Assembly (NCBI GenBank): GCA_963716475.1
Contig: OY970314.1
Span: 354,981-418,980 of the forward strand
Length of the DNA stretch: 64,000 nt
DNA from: Candidatus Woesebacteria bacterium
GTDB lineage: Bacteria; Patescibacteriota; Microgenomatia; UBA8517
Reading direction: 5' to 3'
Notes under the pieces: model-generated
Told to the model about the DNA's origin: nothing
Database searches by the model: none
What the model saw: the letters and a program-made list of their open reading frames with translations, nothing else
Shown: positions 45,057-55,918 of the stretch, piece after piece
Numbering within the stretch: position 1 is the stretch's first letter
How the letters are laid out: every line of letters starts with the position of its first letter
Program-made: the position numbers and the translations under genes

Positions 45057-46914
45057 AAACTTTTCGTCCGACAGTCGCAATTGTAGCAAAAAACTTTCTA
45101 AAAGATATTTTCTTAAGCTTAATCAGGACAAAAATTATTATAACAATTAGAAAAGCAGAAATTGCCAAAAGGCTGTTGATAACCACCTGTGTTTTATTTG
45201 TCGTAATTCTCACAGAACTAACTCCCGCCTTAACCTCAACTACATCAGGAGACCCCTTTCCCAGAATACTAAAGGGTACTGTGACATTCATCTTATAAAT
45301 TGAAAAAGGAGGAACGAGTTCAAGAAAATTGCGGCTTACCTCCTTATTGTCAAAATAGACCGTCGGATATACGGAATACAATGCTTGTGGACCCGGATTT
45401 TCAATTTTTACGGAATATATGGAACTAAGAAAAGGCAATGTCCTCACTGGCGAGAAAGAAATATTTAAACTAGTAGCGCTAATATCCGGAAGTTTCCCAA
45501 AAGAAACATAAACGTCTTTTTGCGGATTTGATCCCAGTTTATACGAACCGGGAGGATATGGCATCACTGAACTTTCTCCGTGGATAACAAAAGTAAAATG
45601 CCTGAGATCAAGTTTGTCAAAATAATCAACACCTCCGCTTGTGGAAGCCCAAGTCGGATCAATAGGAATCCATACGCCTTTATCTTTATCGTAATACTCA
45701 GGCCAGGCATGCAACACATCGGCAACCAGGCTTAAAGGTTGAAGTTCAGGATTTTCGGTATAGGCATAGCCGTTAATTTCCCGGGCGGGGATTCCTGCCG
45801 CGCGTGCAATAGCGATAAAAAGGTCCGTAAACTCCATACAAATAGCCTGCGTAGGATTTTGTAAAGCGGAAACTGCACCCATTCTTTGGACATTAGGTTG
45901 TACACGGTTAAAATCGTATGTCAGAGTTTTTGAAACGTAATCGTAAATTGCCTTCGGGGTCTTGAGTTCGGTAGCCAAAGCTTTTATTCGGGGGTCGTTT
46001 ACCTGCCAGTATTCGGTTTCACGCAGGTTATCGCTTAACTCCATATCGGTAGGTTTGGGGAACGTTCTAAAACCTGCAAAAATCTGCACAGAACCGGAAG
46101 CGTTAACATCAACCCTTTGCCGTGCTGTAAGAATATACGAGGCAAGCCAATTTCCGTCTGCATCAACTGTTACATTATCAGGTTTGGGATCGAGTTTTTG
46201 TAAATACACCTTCTGAAATGATGTGTCCGGGGGCAGGGCAATCTGAGTTTCGGCGTTTTTTGCAAGAGGATTTTCAAGATGATAAGAAAGGTTGAAAGCA
46301 AATACTTGAAATTGTCCAAACCCAGCTGAAATTCCGGATTGGATAACCTCATTCATATTAAACGTGTAGACATATCCTTTATCGTTTGCTTGGCTGCTTT
46401 CAGGATTCGGAGAAATATAGGCCTCAAGTCCAAAGCTGGGCGGTACTTTGAGTACGACACGGTAGCTTCTGAAGGAAGTGTCTTCTCCAAGACGGGGAAT
46501 TGATACTTCCCAAATCTCACCTGTTCTGACGGCAAAACTATTATTCTCGTACGAAATCGCAAAATGTCTTTTGGTTCCCTTGCCGACAACTGCGTCGGGA
46601 AAATTAACTTTTATTTTTGTAGCCGTGCCGTCCTTTTGAACATCAAACGGAATGGAGTTGCCGTTTGCGTCCGTTGCCGCTATATTTTGTGTGTCAATGT
46701 TATCAAGACCCAAGCTGTAGTTTGTGGCATAGAGATTCGATAAATTATTCTCAAGCGTAATGTTGTGGGTAACAATAGTCTTTCCCGAATCCTGGACATC
46801 ATATGTAACAGTAGCGTCAACGGCAAATTCGTTTTGCGCCTTAATTACGGCGGGAATCAGCAACAAAAACAAAGCGGTTATTATAAAGAATACAAAAGTA
46901 CGCAAAGACTTCAT
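45010..46914 (-). CDS. Exported transglutaminase-like protein
   Basis: AICMEF...ARAAGIPAR, HAWPEY, DPTW; signal peptide and C-terminal TM. Confidence 0.9.
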   Translation of the reverse strand: MKSLRTFVFFIITALFLLLIPAVIKAQNEFAVDATVTYDVQDSGKTIVTHNITLENNLSNLYATNYSLGLDNIDTQNIAATDANGNSIPFDVQKDGTATKIKVNFPDAVVGKGTKRHFAISYENNSFAVRTGEIWEVSIPRLGEDTSFRSYRVVLKVPPSFGLEAYISPNPESSQANDKGYVYTFNMNEVIQSGISAGFGQFQVFAFNLSYHLENPLAKNAETQIALPPDTSFQKVYLQKLDPKPDNVTVDADGNWLASYILTARQRVDVNASGSVQIFAGFRTFPKPTDMELSDNLRETEYWQVNDPRIKALATELKTPKAIYDYVSKTLTYDFNRVQPNVQRMGAVSALQNPTQAICMEFTDLFIAIARAAGIPAREINGYAYTENPELQPLSLVADVLHAWPEYYDKDKGVWIPIDPTWASTSGGVDYFDKLDLRHFTFVIHGESSVMPYPPGSYKLGSNPQKDVYVSFGKLPDISATSLNISFSPVRTLPFLSSIYSVKIENPGPQALYSVYPTVYFDNKEVSRNFLELVPPFSIYKMNVTVPFSILGKGSPDVVEVKAGVSSVRITTNKTQVVINSLLAISAFLIVIIIFVLIKLKKISFRKFFATIATVGRKVYERFNGKTAENKNSP

Positions 46915-46961
46915 TCCTTTAAGTATAAAGCATATTAACCGTAATGACTTACAAAAATAAT

Positions 46962-49874
46962 TTATTTAAGATATTCCCCTGTATAAGAAGATCTGTTTCT
47001 TGCGACATCAGCCGGCCTTCCCACAGCCACAACTCTCCCGCCGGCATCTCCACCTTCAGGTCCCAAATCTATAATGTAATCGCAATTTTTAATAACATCT
47101 AAATTGTGTTCAATTACAAAAACTGAGTTACCTTTTTGAACGAGTAGTTTTAATACCCGCATCAGACGCTCAACATCGGCAAAATGAAGTCCTGTTGTAG
47201 GTTCATCCAAAATATAGATTGTTCTTCCTGTAGAACGCCTTGAAAGTTCCGTTGCCAATTTTACCCTTTGCGCCTCACCACCCGAAAGAGTTGTTGCTGG
47301 TTGTCCAAGTTCGATATAGCCAAGTCCGACTAACGAAAGTGTTTCCAGTTTACTTTCAATTTGCGGGTGAGCATGAAAAAATTCCAGTCCTTCATCAACC
47401 GTCATCGCCAGTACTTCTGCAATATTTTTACCGCGGTAAGTAATTTCCAAAGTCTGAGAGTTATATCTTTTTCCGTGGCAAACGTCACAAGTCACCCAAA
47501 TATCACTCATAAACTGCATTTCAATCTTAATTTGCCCCTGTCCCTCGCAGGCCTCGCATCTCCCGCCTCTGACATTGAAAGAAAACCTGCCCTTTTTATA
47601 TCCGGCGGTTTTGGCATCGTGAGTCAAAGTAAAAACATCGCGGATGGGATCAAAAAGCCCCGTATATGTAGCAGGGTTACTTCTCGGGGTCCTTCCTATC
47701 GGACTTTGATCTATTAGAATTGCCTTATCTATGTTTTCCAGTCCTTCGATTTTCTTATATCCTCCGGGTTCACCCCTGTAATTCGGATTCAATTCTTTTT
47801 GAAGAGCAGGGTACAAGGTTTCTACCAGAAGAGTGGACTTTCCCGAGCCGGAAACACCCGTAATAGCAATCAATTTACCTAAAGGGAAAGAAACATTAAT
47901 ATTTTTCAGGTTGTACATATCCGCCCCGAATATTTTCAGATCTTCACTTTTGATCGGAAGCTGACTTTGTGAGTTTCCGGGTAATTGTATAACCTTCTTA
48001 CCTGATAAATATTTACCTGTGATCGACTTTGGATTTTTTTCTATTTCTTTCGGCGTTCCGGTTGCCACCACTTCCCCGCCGTGCTTCCCCGCACCGGGAC
48101 CAAAGTCCCCAATCCAGTCGCTTTGGCGCATCATTGTCGCATCATGCTCCACAACGACAACGGTATTACCCAAATCTCTGAGGTTTTTAAGAGTGTCAAT
48201 AAGTTTCTGGTCGTCTCTCGGATGAAGTCCTATTGTCGGTTCATCAAGAACATACAAAACCCCTGTTAATCCCGATCCGATTTGTGACGCCAGTCTGATT
48301 CTTTGTGCTTCCCCCCCTGAAAGAGAACCTGCGACACGGTTTAGAGTAAGGTATTCCAACCCAACCGAAATCAAAAACCTGAGTCGTCCCAAAGTTTCTT
48401 TTATTACAAGCCTGCCGATCTCTTTTTCTCTGTCATTTGATATTTTCTGCAAAGTTTCTATCCAATCTATACATTTATTTATCGAGAATTCGGTAACTTG
48501 TGAAATAGATAAGCCTCCGATTGTTATTGAAAGTGCTTCTTTTTTAAGCCTTGTTCCGGCACACTCCGGACAAATTTTTTCTCTCATGTATTTCCTGATT
48601 TCTTCCTTAACCCAGTCACTTTCACTTTCTAAGTATCTTCTTTCAAGCTCCGCGGTAAAACCTATAAACTTTTCCCAGATATAAGTTTCGCGGCCGAACC
48701 TGTTTGTCCCGTAAACGTGATATTGTCTGTCTCCGGTTCCTTTTAAAAGAATGTTAATTTTCTCAGCCGTTAATTCACCAATTGGTAGATGCATATCAAT
48801 CTTTTGTTCTTCACACATTTGTTTGATTAACCGTCCGTACCAGGTTTCGTGTTCAAACATGTTGGAAAACGGCAAAATACCGCCTTCCATAATTGTTAGT
48901 TCAGGAGAGAATACTAAATTAGGATCAACCTTAAGAATTTTTCCTAAACCCGTACACGTCGGGCATGCACCTTGCGGTGAATTAAATGAAAAGGATCTGG
49001 GTTCAATTTCGGGGAGACTAATGTTGTCAACAGGGCAAGCAAATCGCTCAGAAAACAGGTGATCCTCAAATTTTTTTGGTGAAACCGGCATAGAAAACTC
49101 TTTATCGAGAACATTAGCCAATTTAACCATACCTTCTGATAAATTAAGAGCTTGTTGTATGGAATCGGCCAATCGATTTTTAAGTTCTGCTCTTGACGAC
49201 TGCCCCTTCAAACTATTTATTGACAGGGCAATTCGGTCGATAACGGCTTCAATGGTATGCTTATTCGTTTTTATCAAAACCAAATCTTCCGACAGATCGT
49301 GCATGTAGCCGTCAATACGAACTTGTCTATATCCTTTTGATTTCAAATTTTCAAAAAGTTGGGAAAATTCACCCTTCCTGGCCTCGACCATGGGCGAAAG
49401 AAGTATAAACCAGGCTTTCCTGTCAGTTTTAGCGGTTTTTTCAATCAAATCGAGTGCCTGTTCAACAATCTGGTCCAGTGTCTGGTGAGAAATTTCCCGT
49501 CCGCAAATAGGACAATGGGGATGACCGATCCTGGCAAAAAGAAGCCGCAAATAATCGTAAATTTCCGTAACCGTTCCGACCGTACTTCGGGGGTTATGGG
49601 AAGTTGTCTTCTGATCAATAGAAATTGCCGGTGAAAGTCCCTCAATCGAATCAACATCAGGCTTTTCCATAATTCCCAGGAATTGACGGGCATAAGATGA
49701 AAGTGACTCAACGTAGCGTCTTTGACCTTCTGCATATAAAGTATCAAAAGCCAAAGAACTTTTTCCTGACCCGGATACTCCCGTTAGGACAACCAATTTA
49801 TTCTTAGGAATATCGAGATCTACATTTTTTAAATTATGCTGTTTGGCACCACGAATTTTAATAAAGTTATCCAT
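46962..49874 (-). CDS. uvrA: Excinuclease ABC subunit A
   Basis: Two GVSGSGKS and LSGGEAQR motifs; Zn fingers. Confidence 0.98.
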   Translation of the reverse strand: MDNFIKIRGAKQHNLKNVDLDIPKNKLVVLTGVSGSGKSSLAFDTLYAEGQRRYVESLSSYARQFLGIMEKPDVDSIEGLSPAISIDQKTTSHNPRSTVGTVTEIYDYLRLLFARIGHPHCPICGREISHQTLDQIVEQALDLIEKTAKTDRKAWFILLSPMVEARKGEFSQLFENLKSKGYRQVRIDGYMHDLSEDLVLIKTNKHTIEAVIDRIALSINSLKGQSSRAELKNRLADSIQQALNLSEGMVKLANVLDKEFSMPVSPKKFEDHLFSERFACPVDNISLPEIEPRSFSFNSPQGACPTCTGLGKILKVDPNLVFSPELTIMEGGILPFSNMFEHETWYGRLIKQMCEEQKIDMHLPIGELTAEKINILLKGTGDRQYHVYGTNRFGRETYIWEKFIGFTAELERRYLESESDWVKEEIRKYMREKICPECAGTRLKKEALSITIGGLSISQVTEFSINKCIDWIETLQKISNDREKEIGRLVIKETLGRLRFLISVGLEYLTLNRVAGSLSGGEAQRIRLASQIGSGLTGVLYVLDEPTIGLHPRDDQKLIDTLKNLRDLGNTVVVVEHDATMMRQSDWIGDFGPGAGKHGGEVVATGTPKEIEKNPKSITGKYLSGKKVIQLPGNSQSQLPIKSEDLKIFGADMYNLKNINVSFPLGKLIAITGVSGSGKSTLLVETLYPALQKELNPNYRGEPGGYKKIEGLENIDKAILIDQSPIGRTPRSNPATYTGLFDPIRDVFTLTHDAKTAGYKKGRFSFNVRGGRCEACEGQGQIKIEMQFMSDIWVTCDVCHGKRYNSQTLEITYRGKNIAEVLAMTVDEGLEFFHAHPQIESKLETLSLVGLGYIELGQPATTLSGGEAQRVKLATELSRRSTGRTIYILDEPTTGLHFADVERLMRVLKLLVQKGNSVFVIEHNLDVIKNCDYIIDLGPEGGDAGGRVVAVGRPADVARNRSSYTGEYLK

Positions 49875-49935
49875 ACAATATACCCGCCGGTTCTATCCGG
49901 TGGACGAGAAAGTATAGCACGTCTATCCAGAAGAT

Positions 49936-50187
49936 CTAAGCGTGACGCTCGCGGCAATTGCCTTCTAAATAAGCTCCATCAAAGTCCCCATCTATATTAA
50001 GTCTTGCTATCTCTGACTTTGCGACTCTATTGATCCCCGCGCCAATGTGATCATTATCACCCCAAATTCTTAAGCTTAGACAATCTTTAGAATCACATGG
50101 AATTTCGATTCGGTTTCTTGATGTTCCTTCCACAACAAAGGCTACCAGCATTTTTTCGCAAGGTCTTGACTGCTTATCCTGATCCAT
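49936..50187 (-). CDS. Small hypothetical protein
   Basis: ATG ORF between uvrB and uvrA with its own TATAAT. Confidence 0.5.
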   Translation of the reverse strand: MDQDKQSRPCEKMLVAFVVEGTSRNRIEIPCDSKDCLSLRIWGDNDHIGAGINRVAKSEIARLNIDGDFDGAYLEGNCRERHA

Positions 50188-50229
50188 GAGCTCTTGTATT
50201 ATAAATAGAAGAGGTTGTAAGTCAATTGA

Positions 50230-52260
50230 TTATTTCCGGAGAGCGATATCCCGAACTTTATCCCTGATTTCTGCAGCCAATTCAAAATTCAAGTCTTGTG
50301 CAGCAAGGCGCATTTCAGTAGTTAAATTTTTAATTAAACGCTTTTTCTCCATAGGAGTCATGGAATCAACTTCCAAATGGGGAAGGCTATCGTAAACCGG
50401 TTCTTTGGATCCGAAGACCCAGGGAGCTTTCTCTCCCTCTTCACGATCAATCAACTTCTCACGTATAGGTTTTTCCACACTGACGGGTGTGATATTGTGT
50501 TTTTTATTGTAGGCTAGCTGATACTTACGGCGTCTTTTGACCTCGCTTAAAGCTCTTTCCATAGAACCGGTTATATGATCGGCATACATAATTACACGTC
50601 CCTCAACGTGTCTGGCAGCCCTACCCATCGTCTGAATAAGTGTCACGTCGCTACGCAAAAAACCCTCTTTATCTGCATCCAGGATGGCCACAAGACTCAC
50701 CTCGGGCAGATCTAATCCTTCCCTTAGCAAATTTATTCCAACAAGCACGTCATACCTCCCGTTTCTGAGGTCATCAAGAATATCGGTTCTATCAAGTGTT
50801 GCTACATCGGAATGCAAATACTGGACTTTCAGACCTTGTTCATTCAAATAAGTTGTCAGATCCTCGGCGGTTCTTTTAGTCAAAGTTGTAACCAAGGTTC
50901 TTTGCTTTTTGGCTACGGTTTTTTTGATTTCTTCAATAATGTCAGCTATTTGATTTTTAACGGGGCGGATGTCAACTAAAGGATCGGGAATTCCCGTCGG
51001 ACGTACAAGCAACTCGACTACATGTTTTTTTGACATTGAAACTTCCCATTCGCTTGGAGTCGCCGAGCTAGCAATAAAATTCGGAATACGGCGCATAAAC
51101 TCTTCAAATCTAAGGGGCCGGTTATCAAGAGCTGAGGGCAAACGGAATCCGTAATCAATTAATGTTTGCTTTCTGGCCAAATCCCCGTTAAACATTCCAC
51201 GGATTTGAGGAAATGTCATGTGGCTTTCGTCCACCAGTAACAACCATTTGTCTTTATAAGGTTCATTAAAATAATCCAAAAGTGAAAAAGGGGCATCCCC
51301 GGGCCTTCTGCCGTCAAAGTACCTCGAGTAATTCTCAATCCCTTTAACGTATCCGACTTCCTTAATCATCTCCAGGTCATATGTAACTTTTTGGGCAATC
51401 CGGTGAGCTTCCAAAATCTTTCCCTCTTTTTTGAGTTGGGCAACGCGGACTTCCAAATCTTTGCGTATCGCGTCGAAGGCGTCCGTATGCGCGGTGGGGT
51501 CGGTCATAAAATGTTTGGCCGGGTATAAAACAAAATTGGACGGATCAAACCCTTCCTTCTTTTCAACCTTATCGCCTGTAAGCGGATTGATTAATTCAAC
51601 TTTTTCGATTTTCTCATCTCCAAACTCTATATGAACCCCCTCATCAAGATAAGCAGGGTAAACATCAATGGCATTTCCACGAACCCTGAAAGTTCCGCGG
51701 TTAAATCCGAAATCGCTCCTTTCGTATTGAAGATCCACCATCCTATCGATTATCTGTTCACGGTTTATTTTCATCCCCTCCGTAAACTCAAGAACAAAAT
51801 GGCCGTATTCACGGGGCGAACCGATGTTGTAGATGCATGAAACAGAAGCAACAACTATTGTGTCGGCCCGGGTCAAAAGATTCGTGGTAGCAGCCAGACG
51901 CAATTTATCAATAGTTTCATTAATATCCGCATCCTTTTCTATATAGGTATCAGTTGAGGGAATATAAGCTTCCGGCTGATAAAAATCGTAATAGGAAACG
52001 AAATAACTGACTGCATTCTCCGGAAAGAAATCCCTTAGCTCCTGATAAAGTTGGGCTGCCAGAGTTTTATTGTGAGAAATAATAAGTGTCGGGCGCTGAA
52101 CCTTTTCTATAACTCCGGCCATGGCAAAAGTTTTACCCGATCCCGTTACACCGAGAAGAGTTTGATATTTCTCTCCACTCAAAATTCTCTCCGACAAAGC
52201 CGATACCGCTTTTTCCTGGTCGGGTATAGCTTTAAATTTTGATGCAAGTTTAAATTTCAT
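50230..52260 (-). CDS. uvrB: Excinuclease ABC subunit B
   Basis: GVTGSGKT, YYDFYQPEAY, DESH, GRAAR. Confidence 0.98.
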   Translation of the reverse strand: MKFKLASKFKAIPDQEKAVSALSERILSGEKYQTLLGVTGSGKTFAMAGVIEKVQRPTLIISHNKTLAAQLYQELRDFFPENAVSYFVSYYDFYQPEAYIPSTDTYIEKDADINETIDKLRLAATTNLLTRADTIVVASVSCIYNIGSPREYGHFVLEFTEGMKINREQIIDRMVDLQYERSDFGFNRGTFRVRGNAIDVYPAYLDEGVHIEFGDEKIEKVELINPLTGDKVEKKEGFDPSNFVLYPAKHFMTDPTAHTDAFDAIRKDLEVRVAQLKKEGKILEAHRIAQKVTYDLEMIKEVGYVKGIENYSRYFDGRRPGDAPFSLLDYFNEPYKDKWLLLVDESHMTFPQIRGMFNGDLARKQTLIDYGFRLPSALDNRPLRFEEFMRRIPNFIASSATPSEWEVSMSKKHVVELLVRPTGIPDPLVDIRPVKNQIADIIEEIKKTVAKKQRTLVTTLTKRTAEDLTTYLNEQGLKVQYLHSDVATLDRTDILDDLRNGRYDVLVGINLLREGLDLPEVSLVAILDADKEGFLRSDVTLIQTMGRAARHVEGRVIMYADHITGSMERALSEVKRRRKYQLAYNKKHNITPVSVEKPIREKLIDREEGEKAPWVFGSKEPVYDSLPHLEVDSMTPMEKKRLIKNLTTEMRLAAQDLNFELAAEIRDKVRDIALRK

Positions 52261-52328
52261 AAATCTATTTTATCATTATATGTAAGTTAATTTCGTAATA
52301 TGTTTGGTTTTGATATGAAAAGTTCCAG

Positions 52329-52357
52329 TTGACGAGTTCGGGTAATATTCGTATATT
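52329..52357 (+). promoter_or_regulatory. lexA promoter with candidate LexA box (52337-52351)
   Basis: TTGACG-17 nt-TATATT; spacer contains TTCGggtaataTTCG. Confidence 0.75.
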
Positions 52358-52363
52358 GTTTGT

Positions 52364-52987
52364 ATGCCGATAATCATTTACAAAAGACAAAAACAAATAC
52401 TCGGATTCATCAAGCAATATATCCAGTCAAACGGAACAGCTCCTACATTAAAGCAAATTGCAGAGTCTATCGGTGTATCTTCCCTGGCCACCGTTCACGA
52501 GCATCTTCAGGCTTTAGAGGCAAAAGGTCTTATTACCCGGAAATCCGGAAAAATGCGGTCAATTGATTTGGCACCGGGTGATATTAACCTTGGCCAACCC
52601 GAAGGTTTTGATGCCCCGATTTTAGGCTTTATTGCAGCCGGTGCCCCCATCGAACCATATACAGATCCTAATGCAACCATGAATATACCGGCTGCTTTTG
52701 TCAGCGGTAAGAAAAGAACCTACGTTTTACAAGTCCGGGGTGAGAGCATGATTGAAGACGGAATAATGGATGGGGATCATGTAATTATTGAGCAGGCTGA
52801 AGCAGCTACAAATGGTGAGATTGTGGTTGCACTTTTGGATAACGGAATGGCAACTCTTAAAAGATTTTTCAGGGAAACCACAAGAATCAGGCTTGAACCT
52901 GCTAATGCCAAAATGCAACCCATATTTGTCAAAAACGTGAGAATCCAAGGAAAAGTGGTCGGCTTAGTCAGAAGATACACTAACTAA
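52364..52987 (+). CDS. lexA: SOS repressor LexA
   Basis: wHTH, IAAG.P cleavage site, GESM, TLK. Confidence 0.96.
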   Translation: MPIIIYKRQKQILGFIKQYIQSNGTAPTLKQIAESIGVSSLATVHEHLQALEAKGLITRKSGKMRSIDLAPGDINLGQPEGFDAPILGFIAAGAPIEPYTDPNATMNIPAAFVSGKKRTYVLQVRGESMIEDGIMDGDHVIIEQAEAATNGEIVVALLDNGMATLKRFFRETTRIRLEPANAKMQPIFVKNVRIQGKVVGLVRRYTN

Positions 52988-54648
52988 TCGAACTTAGAAT
53001 CAAGCAAATTATGGCCTGTCATGCTTGATGGAATTTCAATATTCAGCAACTTCAGGATTGTGGGTGCGACATCAGCTAAAATACCGGCAGTTAGAATGAT
53101 AGGCTTACCTACTAATTTCTGTGAAATTACAATAAAGGGAACAGGGTTCCTACTATGCTCGGTGTCAATCGCACCGGTTTCATTATTAATCATCTCTTCA
53201 CAATTGCCATGATCGGCAGTAATAATCATATTGCCGCCGTATGCCAAAATCCAATCACTGAGCTTTCCTAAACATTCATCTACCACCTCACAGGCTTTTA
53301 CGGCAGCGCCTATATTCCCCGTATGCCCGACCATGTCTGGGTTGGCAAAATTTACAAGAACAAATTTATAACCGGGAGTTTCTTTCAATTTCGTTAAAAC
53401 CCCTTCAGTTACTTCCTGAGCACTCATTTCGGGTTTAAGATCGTATGTTGCAACTTTAGGGGATGGAATTATTAAGCGTTCTTCACCATCAAACGCCACC
53501 TCCTGCTGACCGTTAAAATAAAAAGTTACAAATCTTTCCTTCTCACTTTCGGAAACTCTTAATTGTTTATATCCGGCTTCAGAAACAACCCTGCCTAAAG
53601 GTAATTTCACTACCTCAGGGGGAAAGGCAACTTTAGCCTCCGCTTCGACAATCGCTTTTTCATATTCAGTCATGGTCGCAAAATAAAGGTTATTAAGTCT
53701 TGGACCACGAATAAAAGGTTCCTTGATGTCTACAACGGGTTGTGCCAGGTGAGTTCTTTGATATTTAATTAGATATGGATCAAATCCGACAGGAAGATTT
53801 GCTTTTGAGAAGTCCTCAAAACAAAAGGCCCGAGAAAGTTGTCTGGGTCTATCGATCCTGAAATTAAAAAAGATAACGGAATCGTTGTCCTTTATTGTAA
53901 TTAACGGCTTCCCGTCTACCCCTGTGATTACGCAGGGCTCGATAAATTCGTCAGTTTTACCCTCGGCATACGAGGTATCAATTCCTTCCTCAACTGTTTT
54001 AACCAACTGTCCTTCTCCTTTGGTTAATGCAAAATATGCTTTGGCAGTCCGTTCCCATCTCATATCTCTATCCATGGCCCAATACCTGCCCATTATGGTT
54101 GCGATTTTACCGATATTCTGTCTTGTCAAAACCACACGAAGCTGATTAATGTAACCTTTGGCGGCAGTGGGCGGGGAATCCCTTCCATCCGTAAAAAGAT
54201 GCAGGAAAACCCTGTCGAAATTGTTGCGTTTGCAAAGGTCTATCAAAGCAAAAAGATGTTCTATATTACTGTGAACCCCGCCGGCGCCAATCAATCCCAT
54301 TAAATGAAGATTGCTGTTATTCGTTTTTGCATGTGCAATGGCTCCTATTAAAACCTGGTTTTGATAAAAACTTCCGTCGGCTATACTCATGTTTATTCTT
54401 TGTAAATCCTGATAAACAATTCTGCCTGCGCCAAGATTGAGATGTCCAGTTTCGGTGTTACCGACTTCACCTCTGGGAAGACCCACCGATTCACCTGACG
54501 CCTGTAATTGAGTATGCGGATACGAAGCGGTGAATTTATTCATGTTGGGCGTTTCGGAGCGGGAAATTGCATTTCCCGGACCCGGGGCCGCAATTCCCCA
54601 TCCGTCCAAGACTACAAGAATAACAAAATTTGAAGAATTCTCATCCAT
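52984..54648 (-). CDS. gpmI: 2,3-BPG-independent phosphoglycerate mutase
   Basis: LDGWG, DGRD, GRYWAMDRD, DMVGHTG, TADHGN. Confidence 0.96.
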   Translation of the reverse strand: MDENSSNFVILVVLDGWGIAAPGPGNAISRSETPNMNKFTASYPHTQLQASGESVGLPRGEVGNTETGHLNLGAGRIVYQDLQRINMSIADGSFYQNQVLIGAIAHAKTNNSNLHLMGLIGAGGVHSNIEHLFALIDLCKRNNFDRVFLHLFTDGRDSPPTAAKGYINQLRVVLTRQNIGKIATIMGRYWAMDRDMRWERTAKAYFALTKGEGQLVKTVEEGIDTSYAEGKTDEFIEPCVITGVDGKPLITIKDNDSVIFFNFRIDRPRQLSRAFCFEDFSKANLPVGFDPYLIKYQRTHLAQPVVDIKEPFIRGPRLNNLYFATMTEYEKAIVEAEAKVAFPPEVVKLPLGRVVSEAGYKQLRVSESEKERFVTFYFNGQQEVAFDGEERLIIPSPKVATYDLKPEMSAQEVTEGVLTKLKETPGYKFVLVNFANPDMVGHTGNIGAAVKACEVVDECLGKLSDWILAYGGNMIITADHGNCEEMINNETGAIDTEHSRNPVPFIVISQKLVGKPIILTAGILADVAPTILKLLNIEIPSSMTGHNLLDSKFD

Positions 54649-55918
54649 TTTGTTTCATTTGGACAAGCTCTATTTCAATTGCAGAAAGGCGGTTGTATTT
54701 GGCTACGCGCTCTCCTCTTGCAGGCGCCCCTGATTTTATATAATCAGCCGCAACCCCCACTGCAAAATCGGCAATAAAGCTATCATTTGTTTCTCCGGAT
54801 CTATGAGAAACTACAACTTTCCAGCCAGCATCTTTTGTAGCTTTAACAACACTTAACGTTTCCGATACCGTACCGATTTGGTTGGGTTTTATTATTGCGG
54901 CGTTACAGGCTTTCTCCTGAATTGCTTTTTGTACACGCTTAAGATTGGTTGCAAGTAAATCATCGCCTACAATTATCAATTCACTGGAAAGTTCCGAGGT
55001 AAGTTTCTTCCAGCTGTCCCATCCGTCTTCGTAAAAAGCATCCTCGATAATTGCCAACTTATACTGATCAAACAACGATTTGTAATACTCAAGAAATTGG
55101 GTATCATCCATCCCGCTGGTTTTATCTTTAATTGTATATTCACCGTCTTTATAAAAAGAATTTGAGGCGACATCAAGCCCGAGAAAAACGTCTCTCCCAA
55201 GCGAGTAGCGTGTTTCCTTAATTGATTCAATAAAAACCTCAAATGCGTCGGTATTTGTAAAAAGGTTGGGCGCATATCCACCTTCCTGTCCGACGGAATG
55301 GATCGCTCCTCTATGGGACAGGTTGTTACCGATTGTTTGGTAAATCTCCACACCCATTTGAAGACCGTCAATAAAACTCTTATTGCTTGCCGGCACAACC
55401 CAAAATTCCTGAAAGTCAAGATTGCCGGCACCGTGTTTGCCTCCGTTTATCATATTGAACAAAGGGGTGGGCATTTTCACTTTTTGAGTAACACCCGCTT
55501 TAGAAGCCAAACCGTAAATCCAGGCATAAAGCGGCTGACCGGAAGCGGCTGCACCGCATTTTGTAACAACCTCCGAGACAGAAAGAATAGCATTAGCACC
55601 ATATTTCGATTTATTTTCAGTACCGTCCAAATCGATAAGTTTTTTGTCAATTCCAAACTGATCAATCGGATCCATATCAACTATTGCCGGTCCTAAAACC
55701 GAATTGACATTATCAACCGCCTGCAAAACACCAAGGCCTAAATATCGGGGGTTATTTGCATCTCTAAGTTCCAATGCTTCATGTGTACCGGTTGAAGTTC
55801 CGGCAGGAACCGATGACACACCAACTTGTCCATTGTCCAACATGCAAGCCGTTTCCACGGTTGGAATACCCCGCGAATCCAAAATTTCTCTCGCCCAAAC
55901 ATGTTTTATCTTGCTCAT
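54641..55918 (-). CDS. eno: Enolase
   Basis: REILDSRG.PTVE, VGDDL, SHRSGET, AKYNRL. Confidence 0.97.
   Translation of the reverse strand: MSKIKHVWAREILDSRGIPTVETACMLDNGQVGVSSVPAGTSTGTHEALELRDANNPRYLGLGVLQAVDNVNSVLGPAIVDMDPIDQFGIDKKLIDLDGTENKSKYGANAILSVSEVVTKCGAAASGQPLYAWIYGLASKAGVTQKVKMPTPLFNMINGGKHGAGNLDFQEFWVVPASNKSFIDGLQMGVEIYQTIGNNLSHRGAIHSVGQEGGYAPNLFTNTDAFEVFIESIKETRYSLGRDVFLGLDVASNSFYKDGEYTIKDKTSGMDDTQFLEYYKSLFDQYKLAIIEDAFYEDGWDSWKKLTSELSSELIIVGDDLLATNLKRVQKAIQEKACNAAIIKPNQIGTVSETLSVVKATKDAGWKVVVSHRSGETNDSFIADFAVGVAADYIKSGAPARGERVAKYNRLSAIEIELVQMKQNG

Noticed and set aside
49875-49935. Hairpin CCGCCGG/CCGGTGG and a short TCTATCC duplication upstream of uvrA
   Set aside because: Too short to link to the repeat family and no TTCG-N7-TTCG box; may simply terminate the upstream ORF.
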